The position numbers and the translations under genes were made by a program. From a virus, in IMG/VR virus record IMGVR_UViG_3300021959_000028, positions 6,152 to 70,151 of that record: a stretch of DNA of 64,000 nt; one strand, given 5' to 3'. This document shows, one piece after another, positions 47,601-58,082 of this stretch. The notes under the pieces were generated by a model. The model was given only the letters and a program-made list of their open reading frames with translations, was not told where the DNA came from and did no database searches. Positions within the stretch are counted from its first letter, which is position 1. Every line of letters begins with the position of its first letter.

Positions 47601-50600
47601 AACTAGTGCATTCTTGCTATTTAATGATGACGGATTACAGTATCCTGTAGACATTATTGCAGCAGGAACTGGAACACACAAGTTCTTTGCAAATGTTGAA
47701 GAATTCTTTGTTGAAAATATTTTAGAAACACATGATGATTATCAAACAGTAATATTGCCTGCAGGGTCTTACACAATCAACCCAGGTGATCAAATACTTG
47801 CAGATACAAGTGGATTTGAAAGTACAGCATATGTATTCAGTTATGATTCAAACACTCAAACGTTAATTATATCAAACGAATTTAGTACAATCAACGAGCA
47901 GCCACAAAAAATTCTACTTGACGCTACCAGTGTAATACAGTCTATTGCAGGAAATGCTGTAAACATCAGCGTTACTTCTGCTACTGCTGTAGCAGCTAAC
48001 ACGTACTTTACAACTTCGTTTAGATTACTATCAACAGTAACAAACAATACACTACAAAGTGCTAATAATGCACTTGGTGAAAGAATTAAACTACACAGAC
48101 CTAGTATTGTTAACTCATCTGCACATACCTGGGAATTTGCAGGTGCAGGTACAGACTATAACGCACTACCACAGAACGGCGGCTTAGGAAGAGGCGGCGT
48201 ATACGAGCAATATTCAGAACTACCAGGTCGTGTTTACAGTTCAGGTACTAACGAACTAGGTGACTTTAAAGTTGGTGACTTTATTACTGCTGAAAACAAA
48301 ACTGGTAACATTTTGTTTAGAACGCAGGTGTCGGTAGGCGAACTTACAGTTCTAAAACTTAGTTTGTCAGATATTGAAGTTACAGAATTCTCAACTGACA
48401 CAGGTTTAGGCGACAACGAACCTGGTGGCGCATCTAACGCAAGGGTATCAACTCAACGTGCAGTAAGAACATTTATTGCAAACAGACTTGGTAACGTACT
48501 TGACAAACAAGCAAGTTCAAATGCTGTACCTGGTGCGCTTGTACAACTTAACTCATCGGGTCAGATCAACCAAGACTTGCTACCACCTGCACGTGGTGTT
48601 ACAACATACAATGTTGAAGGATACGGAGAAAGATTAAATCTTGCTACACAAATTCCTCCAATTAACGTAATTTCAGGTGATAACGCATCTGAAAGTTATG
48701 AAGAAACACAACTTGAGCTTACAGGAAACGTAACTGTTGTAGCAGGTGAAACTATTACACAGGCAACTAGTGGTGCAACAGGTGTAGTTAAAGAAAGCCA
48801 AACAGAAAATGTTATTAAATTAATTGAGCCATTAACTGGCACATTTGATACAACTAATGAACTAACTGGATCAACTAGTGGCGCACTAGGTGCTAACAGT
48901 GTTCCAACAACTGTAAGCACAAACACTATTGTTGACAACTACTATCTAAAAACTGATACAACTAGTCAGTTCTTAGTATTATCATACGGTACAACATATG
49001 ACTTCTCAGGAGTTACATCAATCACAGGTGCTAACTCAGGAGCACAAGGTACTATTGCAAGCGGTCCAGTATACGGTGTTGCATACAGTTTAGACGCAAC
49101 TACATTAGACGGTGGTACAGGTTATACTCCAGCAGGTGCAGAATTAACTTACAATGATGTTGCACTAACAGGTGGTACAGGAACAGGTGCAAGAGCAAAC
49201 ATTACTGTAAACAGCGGAAGCGTAACAAACGTTGAACTTATTGCAGGTGGCTCAGGATATCTAGTAGGAGATGTTTTAAGTGCAGCCGAAGCAGACATCG
49301 GAGGAACAGTAACTACCGCGTTTGATATAGAAGTATTACGTGCAGACACACGTTTGTTTGTAAACTTAACCGGTAACTTTATTAAGTTTGCTGCTACTGC
49401 AACATCTCCAGAATATATTGAAGATGCAAATGCAACTAGCGTAAGTATTGCTGATCAAGCAGCAACTACAACTTTTGCCTTTGACGGTCAAGACCAGTCA
49501 TTAGGAGGCGATGTTGATTATACCAATAGCACATTCAACATTGCTGCACACGGATTTACAGACGGTGAAGCAGTAGAATACGACAACAACGGTAACTTGA
49601 ATATCGGTAACCTTGTAAACCAAAAAACATATTGGGTCAAAGTTATCGACTCAGACAATTTTGAAATCTACAACAACTATGCATTTACAAGTGGTTCAAA
49701 AGTATTGTTAGGTAGTTCGCAAACTGGAACACACAATTTTATTAGGTATGCTGTAAACGTTAATACTGGTACTTTCTATGTTGCAGCACACGGATTTGCA
49801 ACTGGCGAAGTTATTCGTTATGCAGCAACTACTCCACCAGATGGACTAGAGGATAACGGTTACTACTATGTAGGTAGTATTACTACTAACTCATTTACAC
49901 TACACAACAACAGAACAGATGCTGTTGCTAGTGTTAGTGGTACAACTGTTGGAGCAATTAGTTTCGGTACAACAGGTACTGGCAGTGCAACACTTAATAT
50001 TCAAAACGTAAGTATTGTAGACACAACTAACACTTCTTCTACAGTTGAAAACAACTGGGGTAGAATTGCACAAGCAACATTTGATGCTTCAAACATTGTT
50101 AGTGGTGTAATGAGTCCAAGTAGACTTGCTGCCACAGGCAGTGCAAGTGACAAAACTTTCCTAAGAGGAGACAGTGCTTGGGCAGAAGCAGTACAAAATA
50201 TTAGACCAGCAAGTGCAAGCTCGCCTATTACAGTAGCAGGAGATTTCTATACAGATTCAAGTGTAGATTACTACTACAACAGTTTAACAATTGATGTTGA
50301 TCCTGTAGAAGGAGATCTAGGAACACCTAGTTATACAAACAGAGGTACAGCAGCATTTGACAAAACATACTTTGATGTTGCAGACGACGGATCAGGTCAA
50401 GTAACTATTATAGCAGGCTCAATTGACGCAGGCACAATTGACGGCTTAGACAGTGCATACTTTACTGATCCTGCCAACTTAGTAGGTACACTAGGTGTTA
50501 CCAAAGGTGGTACTGGCTTAACAACATATACACAAGGTGATTTGATAATCAGTGGTAGCAACAACAGTTTAACACAATTAAATATTGGTGCTGCTAACAG

Positions 50601-51870
50601 TGTATTAACAAGCAATGGTACAGTTCCAGCGTGGAGCACAAGTTTAACACTAGGCGGAACACTAACAGTATCAGGCGCAACAAGCGTAAATGATACTACT
50701 GCTTCAACTAGCACTACAACAGGTGCTCTAAAAGTTGCAGGCGGCCTAGGTGTTGCAGGCGCAATATTTGCAGGAAGCATCGACGGAACAGCAATTGGCG
50801 CAAACACAGCAAGTACAGGTGCATTTACAACACTTACTGCTAGCGGTGCAGTAACATTTAATGGTACAAGCACAACTGTACAAATTAGCCCAACCGGAAC
50901 TGGTACAGTAACTATTGCACCGGGTGGTACACTAACACTTGGCGCAGCTACTAAGTCAACTGTATTAGCAGGTAATGTAAGTGCTACAGGCACACAAACT
51001 ATTAATCTAAGTCCGACAAGTACTGGTACAGTGACAATTAATCCTGCTACAGCAGGTGCAATTGACAATATGGCAATTGGTGCTACTACAAGAAGCACAG
51101 GTGCATTTACTACACTAACTGCAAACGATGTTGTAACAATTACAGATACTACTGCAAGTACTGATGCAGATACAGGTGCTCTAACAGTAGACGGTGGTGT
51201 AGGAATTAATGGTGCTCTTAATGTAGCAAGTGCTGCAAGTATTGGCACAGGTGCAGGAGGTGATGTATTACTAGTAGGCGCCGCAGGCACTAGACTAAAG
51301 GTAAATGCTAGCGGAGGCAATGCAACATTAACATCTGAAGGAGGGGAACTTCGTTTACGTTCTAACAATAGTGCTACAGGTGGCATTACTATTAATACTG
51401 ATGGTACTACAACCTTTAATGATGCAATAGACGGTACAACTGCTACCTTTACTGGAAATGTTGAACACACTGGTCTAACAATGACCAGTGGTACAGACAT
51501 TGACCAGTTAACTACAACAACTGTTAACTTAACATTGTCACAGACTTGGCAGGATACTGGCATTAATGGTGCTGATCTAGCAACAGGTAGCTACTATGTA
51601 CAAGTTTATGCTAACGATGTTGGTGTAGGCGGCGGACATACTGATGTTTATTACAGTGGTGTAATGAGTTGGTACGCAAGCACAACTAGTGAAACAACAT
51701 ACGATGAAATCGTACTAAACAGAGCAGGAAGCTCTGTAGGCAATGGCGCACTTTATGTAAGACTATTACGTACATCAAGTAACCCAGATAACCTAAAACT
51801 TCAACTAGCAGGAAATACGATAAATACTGGAGCAGCGGACTATGTGTTCAAATTTAGACGCATAATTTAA
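44614..51870 (+). CDS. Giant tail fibre/virion protein with Mtd-N-like N-terminus, beta-helix and three phycobiliprotein-like CxRD repeats
   Basis: MSTKIVHKRSS...GELAINTNDGKIF N-terminus, KCERD/KCARD/TCERD repeats, HGF..GE.V.Y repeats. TAAATA at 44583. Confidence 0.75.
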   Translation: MSTKIVHKRSSVANRQPQAADLVAGELAINTNDGKIFLKKDDNTVVDTTKQIFDQDTSVVTSDTGTGTITANVDGTQKLQISADGVTVDGPITVNSKETLFFNDADNDKYVAFQAPDTVDYSYVVKLPSNQPPNPGVLSLDGKGNAEWSRTDLFGGNRIYVSDEYGNDVNDGRTLPVKTIKRAAQLAASLGHKPDVDPGVAAYNAQRLLEDNRTYIQKETIGFIERNFVDFDSYYDSAKCERDIGYIVDAASYDLALGTNYNAVYNGIAYTRANSNYLQAYQNIQTVGAITFAKGEANTALAGSVPAQTASDAAFDEVLDILQNGTTSVADPGDGVADALTFPAATTTSTDEENAKDQLQANRDFLKAEVIAYIAANYPDLTYDSVKCARDVGYIVDALCYDIMYGGNSASVRVAESYFVGAASQLGAGQATATAAAYDYLATIVGYVITENTSWTPLNSTETQDVTGTAATATEATTADGLVQIIEDVITAGDLTGLPSVTNPVVSGETLASSFTALQTAKSTIQSDTTTYITNTYNGFTYNSATCERDVGLIIDAVVYNLILGGNNKAVAAGESYLSVTEVINNQKEETLYAIAFARDLALALIQNDTLAAQYQNLIDPVAWPQATGAGAVTTVTNLFNTVYDILDTGTSPTVVEAAFYTIPITIIVSGGDFYVDNPIIIPDKVSIVGDGIRAVVIRPLNANKDMFRVRNGAYMAGITFRDGLDASDVPSYTFNWAVAFDDPTDTSVDRIGYFGISNDKPTITLSPYVQNCSIISFLGGNGVLVDGSKVVTPNTPVNSIEAENPVVGDIPEQGKSMIANAFTMISFGGTGWVVSNDGYAQIVSCFQIFCLNGSWTQSGGYLSITNSATNFGIYALRSSGYSAGSFEFDRGIVAATGTSDGIQTFTTIGTRREPISQYVIQLHDEATDANITPNFKQATSEVSFDASTDLNTSTEQFLIAGHGFSNGEKVTYDANGNTPILGLIDQATYYVQVVSTSAFLLFNDDGLQYPVDIIAAGTGTHKFFANVEEFFVENILETHDDYQTVILPAGSYTINPGDQILADTSGFESTAYVFSYDSNTQTLIISNEFSTINEQPQKILLDATSVIQSIAGNAVNISVTSATAVAANTYFTTSFRLLSTVTNNTLQSANNALGERIKLHRPSIVNSSAHTWEFAGAGTDYNALPQNGGLGRGGVYEQYSELPGRVYSSGTNELGDFKVGDFITAENKTGNILFRTQVSVGELTVLKLSLSDIEVTEFSTDTGLGDNEPGGASNARVSTQRAVRTFIANRLGNVLDKQASSNAVPGALVQLNSSGQINQDLLPPARGVTTYNVEGYGERLNLATQIPPINVISGDNASESYEETQLELTGNVTVVAGETITQATSGATGVVKESQTENVIKLIEPLTGTFDTTNELTGSTSGALGANSVPTTVSTNTIVDNYYLKTDTTSQFLVLSYGTTYDFSGVTSITGANSGAQGTIASGPVYGVAYSLDATTLDGGTGYTPAGAELTYNDVALTGGTGTGARANITVNSGSVTNVELIAGGSGYLVGDVLSAAEADIGGTVTTAFDIEVLRADTRLFVNLTGNFIKFAATATSPEYIEDANATSVSIADQAATTTFAFDGQDQSLGGDVDYTNSTFNIAAHGFTDGEAVEYDNNGNLNIGNLVNQKTYWVKVIDSDNFEIYNNYAFTSGSKVLLGSSQTGTHNFIRYAVNVNTGTFYVAAHGFATGEVIRYAATTPPDGLEDNGYYYVGSITTNSFTLHNNRTDAVASVSGTTVGAISFGTTGTGSATLNIQNVSIVDTTNTSSTVENNWGRIAQATFDASNIVSGVMSPSRLAATGSASDKTFLRGDSAWAEAVQNIRPASASSPITVAGDFYTDSSVDYYYNSLTIDVDPVEGDLGTPSYTNRGTAAFDKTYFDVADDGSGQVTIIAGSIDAGTIDGLDSAYFTDPANLVGTLGVTKGGTGLTTYTQGDLIISGSNNSLTQLNIGAANSVLTSNGTVPAWSTSLTLGGTLTVSGATSVNDTTASTSTTTGALKVAGGLGVAGAIFAGSIDGTAIGANTASTGAFTTLTASGAVTFNGTSTTVQISPTGTGTVTIAPGGTLTLGAATKSTVLAGNVSATGTQTINLSPTSTGTVTINPATAGAIDNMAIGATTRSTGAFTTLTANDVVTITDTTASTDADTGALTVDGGVGINGALNVASAASIGTGAGGDVLLVGAAGTRLKVNASGGNATLTSEGGELRLRSNNSATGGITINTDGTTTFNDAIDGTTATFTGNVEHTGLTMTSGTDIDQLTTTTVNLTLSQTWQDTGINGADLATGSYYVQVYANDVGVGGGHTDVYYSGVMSWYASTTSETTYDEIVLNRAGSSVGNGALYVRLLRTSSNPDNLKLQLAGNTINTGAADYVFKFRRII

Positions 51871-51920
51871 ATATGAGCATGTGGTTTGCTCCTCTGAGTT
51901 AAGAATGGGACGAGGAACAA

Positions 51921-54900
51921 ATGACATTTAAGGTTAAAGAAGGTATCCGCGTTAACGGACAAGGATTCGTTAACGACACACTTGATGTAACAGGTAATAC
52001 ATTAGAAATTACCGGGGGTGTAGGCTCCACTAATACTACAACAGGATCGATAATTGTTGACGGGGGCGTCGGCATAAGTGAAAACTTAAACATCGGTGGA
52101 ACATTTAGTGTAGGTAGTGGATTTTCAGTTAACGGTATTAGCGGTGACTTAACAGTTAACGGTAATTTAACAGTTAATGGTACAACTACTACAATTAATT
52201 CAACTGAAATGACAGTTGATGATATTAATATTGTATTAGGTGCAGCAGCATCGCCTACAGATGCTAGTGCTAATTTAGGTGGTATTACTCTTAAAGGTAC
52301 AACAGATAAAACTTTAGTATGGGTTGATGCTACAGACAGCTGGACTAGCTCCGAGCATTTAGATTTAGCAAATACAAAAGTATATAAAGTTGCTACTAAC
52401 GAAGTATTATCAGCAGATACACTGTTTAGCGGTCAAACAACAGTTTCTTTAGCCCCAACAGGTTCCTCAATTACAGTTGGTGTAGACAATTCAGGTACAC
52501 TAAATTTAAGAAATGCTACAGTTGATGTAAACTACGATTTAGACGTAGGCGGTATAACAAATCTTACTGGAAATTTAAACGTTAACACAGATAAGTTTAA
52601 TGTTGTAGGTTCAAGTGGTAATACTACTATTGCAGGAACGTTAGATGTTACTAGCACAGTTACAGGTAGTATATTAATATCAGATGTTGCTGACGGTACA
52701 GCACCTTTAACTGTAACTTCGACAACTGTTGTTTCAAATCTTAACGCAGACTTGTTAGATGGTTTCCAAGCAAACGTTGACAATTCTACAGACACTGTTG
52801 TTGTTCGTGATGCAACTGGCGATATCTTTTTTGCAAATGCTGCATTCCACGGATCAACAAGCGGATCAACCACTGTACAAGCTCAGGCATCAGCAAGCGG
52901 AACACTGACACTTCCTAGTGCTACAGATACGCTTGTAGGTAGAGCAACAACTGATACCTTAACTAATAAAACATTTGATCTTGCAAACAATACACTAACA
53001 GGTACAGCAGCACAATTTAACGCAGCAGTTAGTGACGGCGCATTTAGTACTACAAATGGTGTAGAGACCCTAACAAATAAAACTATTACAGATCCAACTA
53101 TTAATGCTGGCGGTGGCGTAATTATATTACCAAATACTGCTTCTCCTGCACAAGCAGACGAAGGTAGTATTGTATGGGATAATGATGATGACTTACTTAC
53201 TGTAGGTACAGGTACCGGTCGTAAAACAATGGTTGACTTAGATAGTACACAAACACTATCTAACAAAACATTTAACAATCCACAATTTAGCGGATTTACT
53301 CAATCAGTTGAGTTAACTGGGGATGTAACTGGAACAGGCACTATTAGTAACTTTGGAAATCTCAGTTTAGCGGCAACTATTGCTGCAAATAGTGTTGCAC
53401 TTGGAACAGATACAACTGGCAATTATATTGCTACTATTACCGGAACTGCTAATAGAATTACTGTTACCGGAAGTGGCTCAGAAAGTGCAGCGGTAACTTT
53501 AAACTTACCACAAGACATACACACAGGCGCAACTCCTACATTTGCAGGAGCAAACTTAGATAACATAAGAGTTGGTGTTACAGCAGTAAACGAAATCGAT
53601 ACAAGTTCAGGTAACCTAATACTTGATAGTACAGGTGGCACTGTTGAAGTTGATGATAACCTTACTGTTGCTGGAAACTTAACAGTAAATGGCACAACAA
53701 CTACAGTAAACTCAACAACAGTTACCGTAGACGATAAAAATATTGAATTAGGTAGTGTTGCTACTCCAACTGATACTACAGCAAGCGGCGGTGGTATTAC
53801 ACTCAAGGGCGCCTCGGATAAAACAATTATTTGGACTAGTGCTTCGAATGCGTGGACATCGAGCGAAGACCTTAATGTTGCTTCAGGAAAAGTTTACAAG
53901 GTTAACGGCACCGAAGTATTAAACGGTACTACACTAGGAAGCGGCGTAACAAGTTCTAGTTTAACAACAGTTGGAACTATTGGCACAGGCGTATGGCAAG
54001 GTACAGTTATATCTCCAACATACGGCGGCACTGGTGTAAACAACGGAACAAAAACTCTTACACTAGGTGGCAATTTTACACACACTGGATCACATACACT
54101 TGGATTAACAACAACAGGAAATACTAGTGTTACATTGCCAACAAGCGGAACTTTAGCAACAACAGGAAATTTAAGTCAGTTTGCTGCAACTACAAGTTCT
54201 CAACTAGCAGGAATTATATCAGATGAAACAGGCAGCGGTGCGTTAGTATTTTCTAATTCTCCGTCATTAACTACGCCTACTGTTGCAGTAATAAATGGTA
54301 GTACACTTTTAGACGGAACACTTACACTAAGAGGTACATCAAACGCAAACAAAAACACAGCAAGTGTAAGAATGGACGAAAATGTTACGTCAACTAGTTC
54401 AACTACAGGTACATTAATTGTTACAGGCGGTGTAGGTATTAGTGAAAACTTAAATGTCGCAGGTACAATTAAGTTAGATAGCACAGGCGTTGCAGATGTA
54501 TTAGATTTAAATAACAATAATATTGTTGGCGTTAATAATATTAAGATTGCTGATCCTGGACCAAGTGAAGGTATACAATGGGAAGGCGGCAACAGTTGGG
54601 CTATTTACGAGTCACCGGATGATTTAACAACTAATGGAGGCGGCAACTTACAAATTGTTCAAAATGGAACAAGAAGAGCTACATTTAAGACTAACGGTAT
54701 ACTAGAACTTCCAGTTTCAACTGGTACTGCACCTCTTGAAGTTGCATCAACTACACTAGTTACTAACTTAAACGCAGACTTACTAGACGGACAACAGGGT
54801 AGTTACTACTTAAATTGGACAAACGTAACAAACAAACCAGATCCTACTATTACACTAGCAGGAGATGCAACAGGTAGTGTTACACTAACAGATTTAGGCA

Positions 54901-57900
54901 GCGGTACATTAACTGTTACTATTGCTGACGACAGTCACAATCATACTACCGGTAATATTGATAATTTCCAAGAAGAAGTTGAAGATATTGTCGGAGCAAT
55001 GGTTAGCGGTAACACTGAATCGGGTATTAGTGTAACTTATGACGATGCAGCTACTCCAGGAAAATTAAACTTCAACGTTAATGATCCTACTATCTCACTA
55101 ACAGGAGATGTTACAGGTAGTGCAACAATGACTAACTTAGGTAATGTTAGTATTGCAGCAACTATTGCTGCAAATAGTGTTGCACTTGGAACAGATACAA
55201 CAGGAGATTATGTTGCAAGCGTTGCTACAGGAACAGGGTTAACAGGAGGTGCAGCAGGTTCTGAAGGTGCAGCATTAACATTAAGTTTAAGCCATTTAGG
55301 AATAGAAAGCTTAACTGATCCTAATGCTGATAGAATTCTTTTCTGGGACGACAGTGCAGGAGCAACTGCATGGCTTACAGCAGGCACTGGATTTAGTCTT
55401 ACAGGAACTACACTTGTTAACTCAGATAGAGGTAGCTCGCAAAACATCTTTAAAACTATTAGAGTACAAAATTCTGGATCAACAGATATTGCATCAATTG
55501 CTGCTGATTCAAATGCTGATACTGTAATTGTAAGAGAAGGTGGCGGCATAGATTTGAGTGCTTCGAGCGCAGCATCTGATTTGTTAGTTATTGCTCACTC
55601 AAATACAAGTTCGCAATCAAGTGTTGATAACTCAAACGGAACAGTAATACAAGATATAACTCTTGATACATACGGTCATATAACCGGATTAAACAGTGTA
55701 GACTTAGATTTACGCTACTTACAAGCAGAAAGCGATACTCTTGCTACAGTTACAGGAAGAGGTGCTACAACTGCAACAGCAATTAGCATTACTAATACTA
55801 CTGCAAGTACAACAAACGATACAGGTGCGCTAACTGTAGACGGCGGTGTAGGCATTAACGGTGCTCTTAATATCGGTGGCAATGCTGACTTTGACGGTAA
55901 CTTAGTTATTGGCGGGAACTTAACAGTAAACGGTACAACTACAACAGTCAATACAGAAACTATTAATTTAGCTGACAACATTATCGTACTTAACAGTAAC
56001 GAAACAGGTACTCCAACACAAGATGGTGGTATAGAAGTTGAACGTGGAACGCAAACAAACGCACAATTGTTCTGGGACGAAAGTGAAGATCGTTGGGTAG
56101 TTGCAGGCGCAACAAGCGGAACGCTGGCTTATACTTCAGAGATTCCAAGTGTTGGTAATGGTACAATTACTATTACTGCTGGCAGTGGACTATCAACAGG
56201 CGGGTCATTTACAGTTAACCAAAGCGGTAACACAGAGGTTACAATAGATCACGCAGATACCTCAAGTGTTGCTAACCTAAGTAGTAACAATAGTGGTTCA
56301 ACATTTATTCAAGATATTAGTTTTACATTTGACGGTTTTGGACACGTAACTGCTGCATCAGTTGGTACAGCAAACGCACTAACAAGTCAATCAAATGATT
56401 TTGGTACTGTTACAGTAACAGATACTGACAGCGGTTACACCTGGAGCGAAACAGGTAGTGCTGTTGCAGAAAGTGTTAGCGATACACTTACAATTGTAAG
56501 CGGCGGCGCAATTGACGTTGATGTATCAGCAACTAGTGATGCAATTAGAATTGCACACTCGGATACATCAAGTGCTGGCAACCTAAGCAGCGACAATGCC
56601 AACGGTACTGTAATCCAAGACATCAGCTTTACATACGATACATATGGACACGTTACAGCGTCAAGTGTTGCAACAGTTAATTTAGATGGTCGCTACTATA
56701 CAGAAACAGAATCAGATAGTCTATTTGTTAGTCTAGCTGGTGACACAATGACCGGTAACTTAACAATATCCAAAACAGGACCATTACTAAGGTTAGTTGA
56801 CACTAACACAACAACATCAGAGTTTCCTGGTATAGAATTTGACACCAACAACAATCAAGGTATTAAACTATATCACGACGAATTTGATTCTAACTTACCA
56901 GTTGCTGGCTATGGATTAGTAGTTGGGCCAAGTGCAGCTAACGCACAATTCGGAGTTACTGGTACATTATCATTTAACGTGTTAGGCGAAATGTACGCAG
57001 GAGGTACCGGGTTAAGTGGTTTGAATAAAGTTTATCACGCAGGTAACGTAAGCCAAGGTACTGGCATGGCAGTTACTGCTAACAACACTGGATTAACTAT
57101 TGCTCACGCAGATACATCAAGTGTTAATAACCTAAGCAGCAATAACAGCGGCAACACATTTATTCAAGACATTAGTTTAACCTTTGATACCTTCGGTCAC
57201 GTTACTGGTGCATCAGTAGCAACAGGAACACCAAGTGGTTTCTCAACAACTGCATTTAGTACACTAACTGTAACAGACACCGACAGTGGGTACAGTTGGA
57301 GTGAAACAGGAAGCGCAGTTGCAGATTCAACTGCTGATACTGCAACATTTGTAAGCGGTGCTGGTATTGATATAGACGTTGACGCAACAAACGATGCTAT
57401 TAGAATAAGAAATACAGATTTAGGTAGTAGTCAGAATATCTTTAAAAACTTTGCTGTTTCTGGACAGAGTACTGTTACTGCTGATAGTAACAATGATACA
57501 CTAACACTGATTGCTGGCGCAAACGTTACTATTACTACTAACGCTACAAATGACAGCATCACTATTGCTGCAACACCTGATGGTGGTAACACTACACCAA
57601 CATTACAACAGGTCACTACAGAAGGCAACAGTACAGCAGATGCTATTATTATTACTAATACAACAGCGTCAACTAGCACTACTACTGGTGCGTTACGTGT
57701 GTCAGGCGGTGTTGGTATTCAAGGTGCATTAAACGCTACAACTAAAAGCTTTGATATTGATCACCCAACTAAACTGGGCAAGCGTCTACGTTACGGATCG
57801 CTTGAAGGACCGGAATTTGGTGTTTATGTAAGAGGTCGTTTAACTGCTGACACTAGAATTGAATTACCTGATTATTGGACAGAACTTGTACATGAGGATA

Positions 57901-58079
57901 GTATTACCGTTACTTTAACTCCAGTTGGATCATATCAAGCTCTATACGTAGAATCAACAAATATCTCAGAAATAAATATTGCTGTAGATAATAAACCAAA
58001 CTCCGATATCGATTGTTTCTACACAGTATGGGCAGAACGTAAAGATATTGATAAACTAGAAGTTGAAGGTGACGAGTAA
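51921..58079 (+). CDS. Long tail fibre protein
   Basis: Shaft repeats, four HxDTSS...D.(Y/F)GH(V/I)T modules, and a C-terminal KSFDIDHP...LRYGSLEGPE.GVY.RG domain. Confidence 0.78.
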   Translation: MTFKVKEGIRVNGQGFVNDTLDVTGNTLEITGGVGSTNTTTGSIIVDGGVGISENLNIGGTFSVGSGFSVNGISGDLTVNGNLTVNGTTTTINSTEMTVDDINIVLGAAASPTDASANLGGITLKGTTDKTLVWVDATDSWTSSEHLDLANTKVYKVATNEVLSADTLFSGQTTVSLAPTGSSITVGVDNSGTLNLRNATVDVNYDLDVGGITNLTGNLNVNTDKFNVVGSSGNTTIAGTLDVTSTVTGSILISDVADGTAPLTVTSTTVVSNLNADLLDGFQANVDNSTDTVVVRDATGDIFFANAAFHGSTSGSTTVQAQASASGTLTLPSATDTLVGRATTDTLTNKTFDLANNTLTGTAAQFNAAVSDGAFSTTNGVETLTNKTITDPTINAGGGVIILPNTASPAQADEGSIVWDNDDDLLTVGTGTGRKTMVDLDSTQTLSNKTFNNPQFSGFTQSVELTGDVTGTGTISNFGNLSLAATIAANSVALGTDTTGNYIATITGTANRITVTGSGSESAAVTLNLPQDIHTGATPTFAGANLDNIRVGVTAVNEIDTSSGNLILDSTGGTVEVDDNLTVAGNLTVNGTTTTVNSTTVTVDDKNIELGSVATPTDTTASGGGITLKGASDKTIIWTSASNAWTSSEDLNVASGKVYKVNGTEVLNGTTLGSGVTSSSLTTVGTIGTGVWQGTVISPTYGGTGVNNGTKTLTLGGNFTHTGSHTLGLTTTGNTSVTLPTSGTLATTGNLSQFAATTSSQLAGIISDETGSGALVFSNSPSLTTPTVAVINGSTLLDGTLTLRGTSNANKNTASVRMDENVTSTSSTTGTLIVTGGVGISENLNVAGTIKLDSTGVADVLDLNNNNIVGVNNIKIADPGPSEGIQWEGGNSWAIYESPDDLTTNGGGNLQIVQNGTRRATFKTNGILELPVSTGTAPLEVASTTLVTNLNADLLDGQQGSYYLNWTNVTNKPDPTITLAGDATGSVTLTDLGSGTLTVTIADDSHNHTTGNIDNFQEEVEDIVGAMVSGNTESGISVTYDDAATPGKLNFNVNDPTISLTGDVTGSATMTNLGNVSIAATIAANSVALGTDTTGDYVASVATGTGLTGGAAGSEGAALTLSLSHLGIESLTDPNADRILFWDDSAGATAWLTAGTGFSLTGTTLVNSDRGSSQNIFKTIRVQNSGSTDIASIAADSNADTVIVREGGGIDLSASSAASDLLVIAHSNTSSQSSVDNSNGTVIQDITLDTYGHITGLNSVDLDLRYLQAESDTLATVTGRGATTATAISITNTTASTTNDTGALTVDGGVGINGALNIGGNADFDGNLVIGGNLTVNGTTTTVNTETINLADNIIVLNSNETGTPTQDGGIEVERGTQTNAQLFWDESEDRWVVAGATSGTLAYTSEIPSVGNGTITITAGSGLSTGGSFTVNQSGNTEVTIDHADTSSVANLSSNNSGSTFIQDISFTFDGFGHVTAASVGTANALTSQSNDFGTVTVTDTDSGYTWSETGSAVAESVSDTLTIVSGGAIDVDVSATSDAIRIAHSDTSSAGNLSSDNANGTVIQDISFTYDTYGHVTASSVATVNLDGRYYTETESDSLFVSLAGDTMTGNLTISKTGPLLRLVDTNTTTSEFPGIEFDTNNNQGIKLYHDEFDSNLPVAGYGLVVGPSAANAQFGVTGTLSFNVLGEMYAGGTGLSGLNKVYHAGNVSQGTGMAVTANNTGLTIAHADTSSVNNLSSNNSGNTFIQDISLTFDTFGHVTGASVATGTPSGFSTTAFSTLTVTDTDSGYSWSETGSAVADSTADTATFVSGAGIDIDVDATNDAIRIRNTDLGSSQNIFKNFAVSGQSTVTADSNNDTLTLIAGANVTITTNATNDSITIAATPDGGNTTPTLQQVTTEGNSTADAIIITNTTASTSTTTGALRVSGGVGIQGALNATTKSFDIDHPTKLGKRLRYGSLEGPEFGVYVRGRLTADTRIELPDYWTELVHEDSITVTLTPVGSYQALYVESTNISEINIAVDNKPNSDIDCFYTVWAERKDIDKLEVEGDE

Positions 58080-58082
58080 CTA

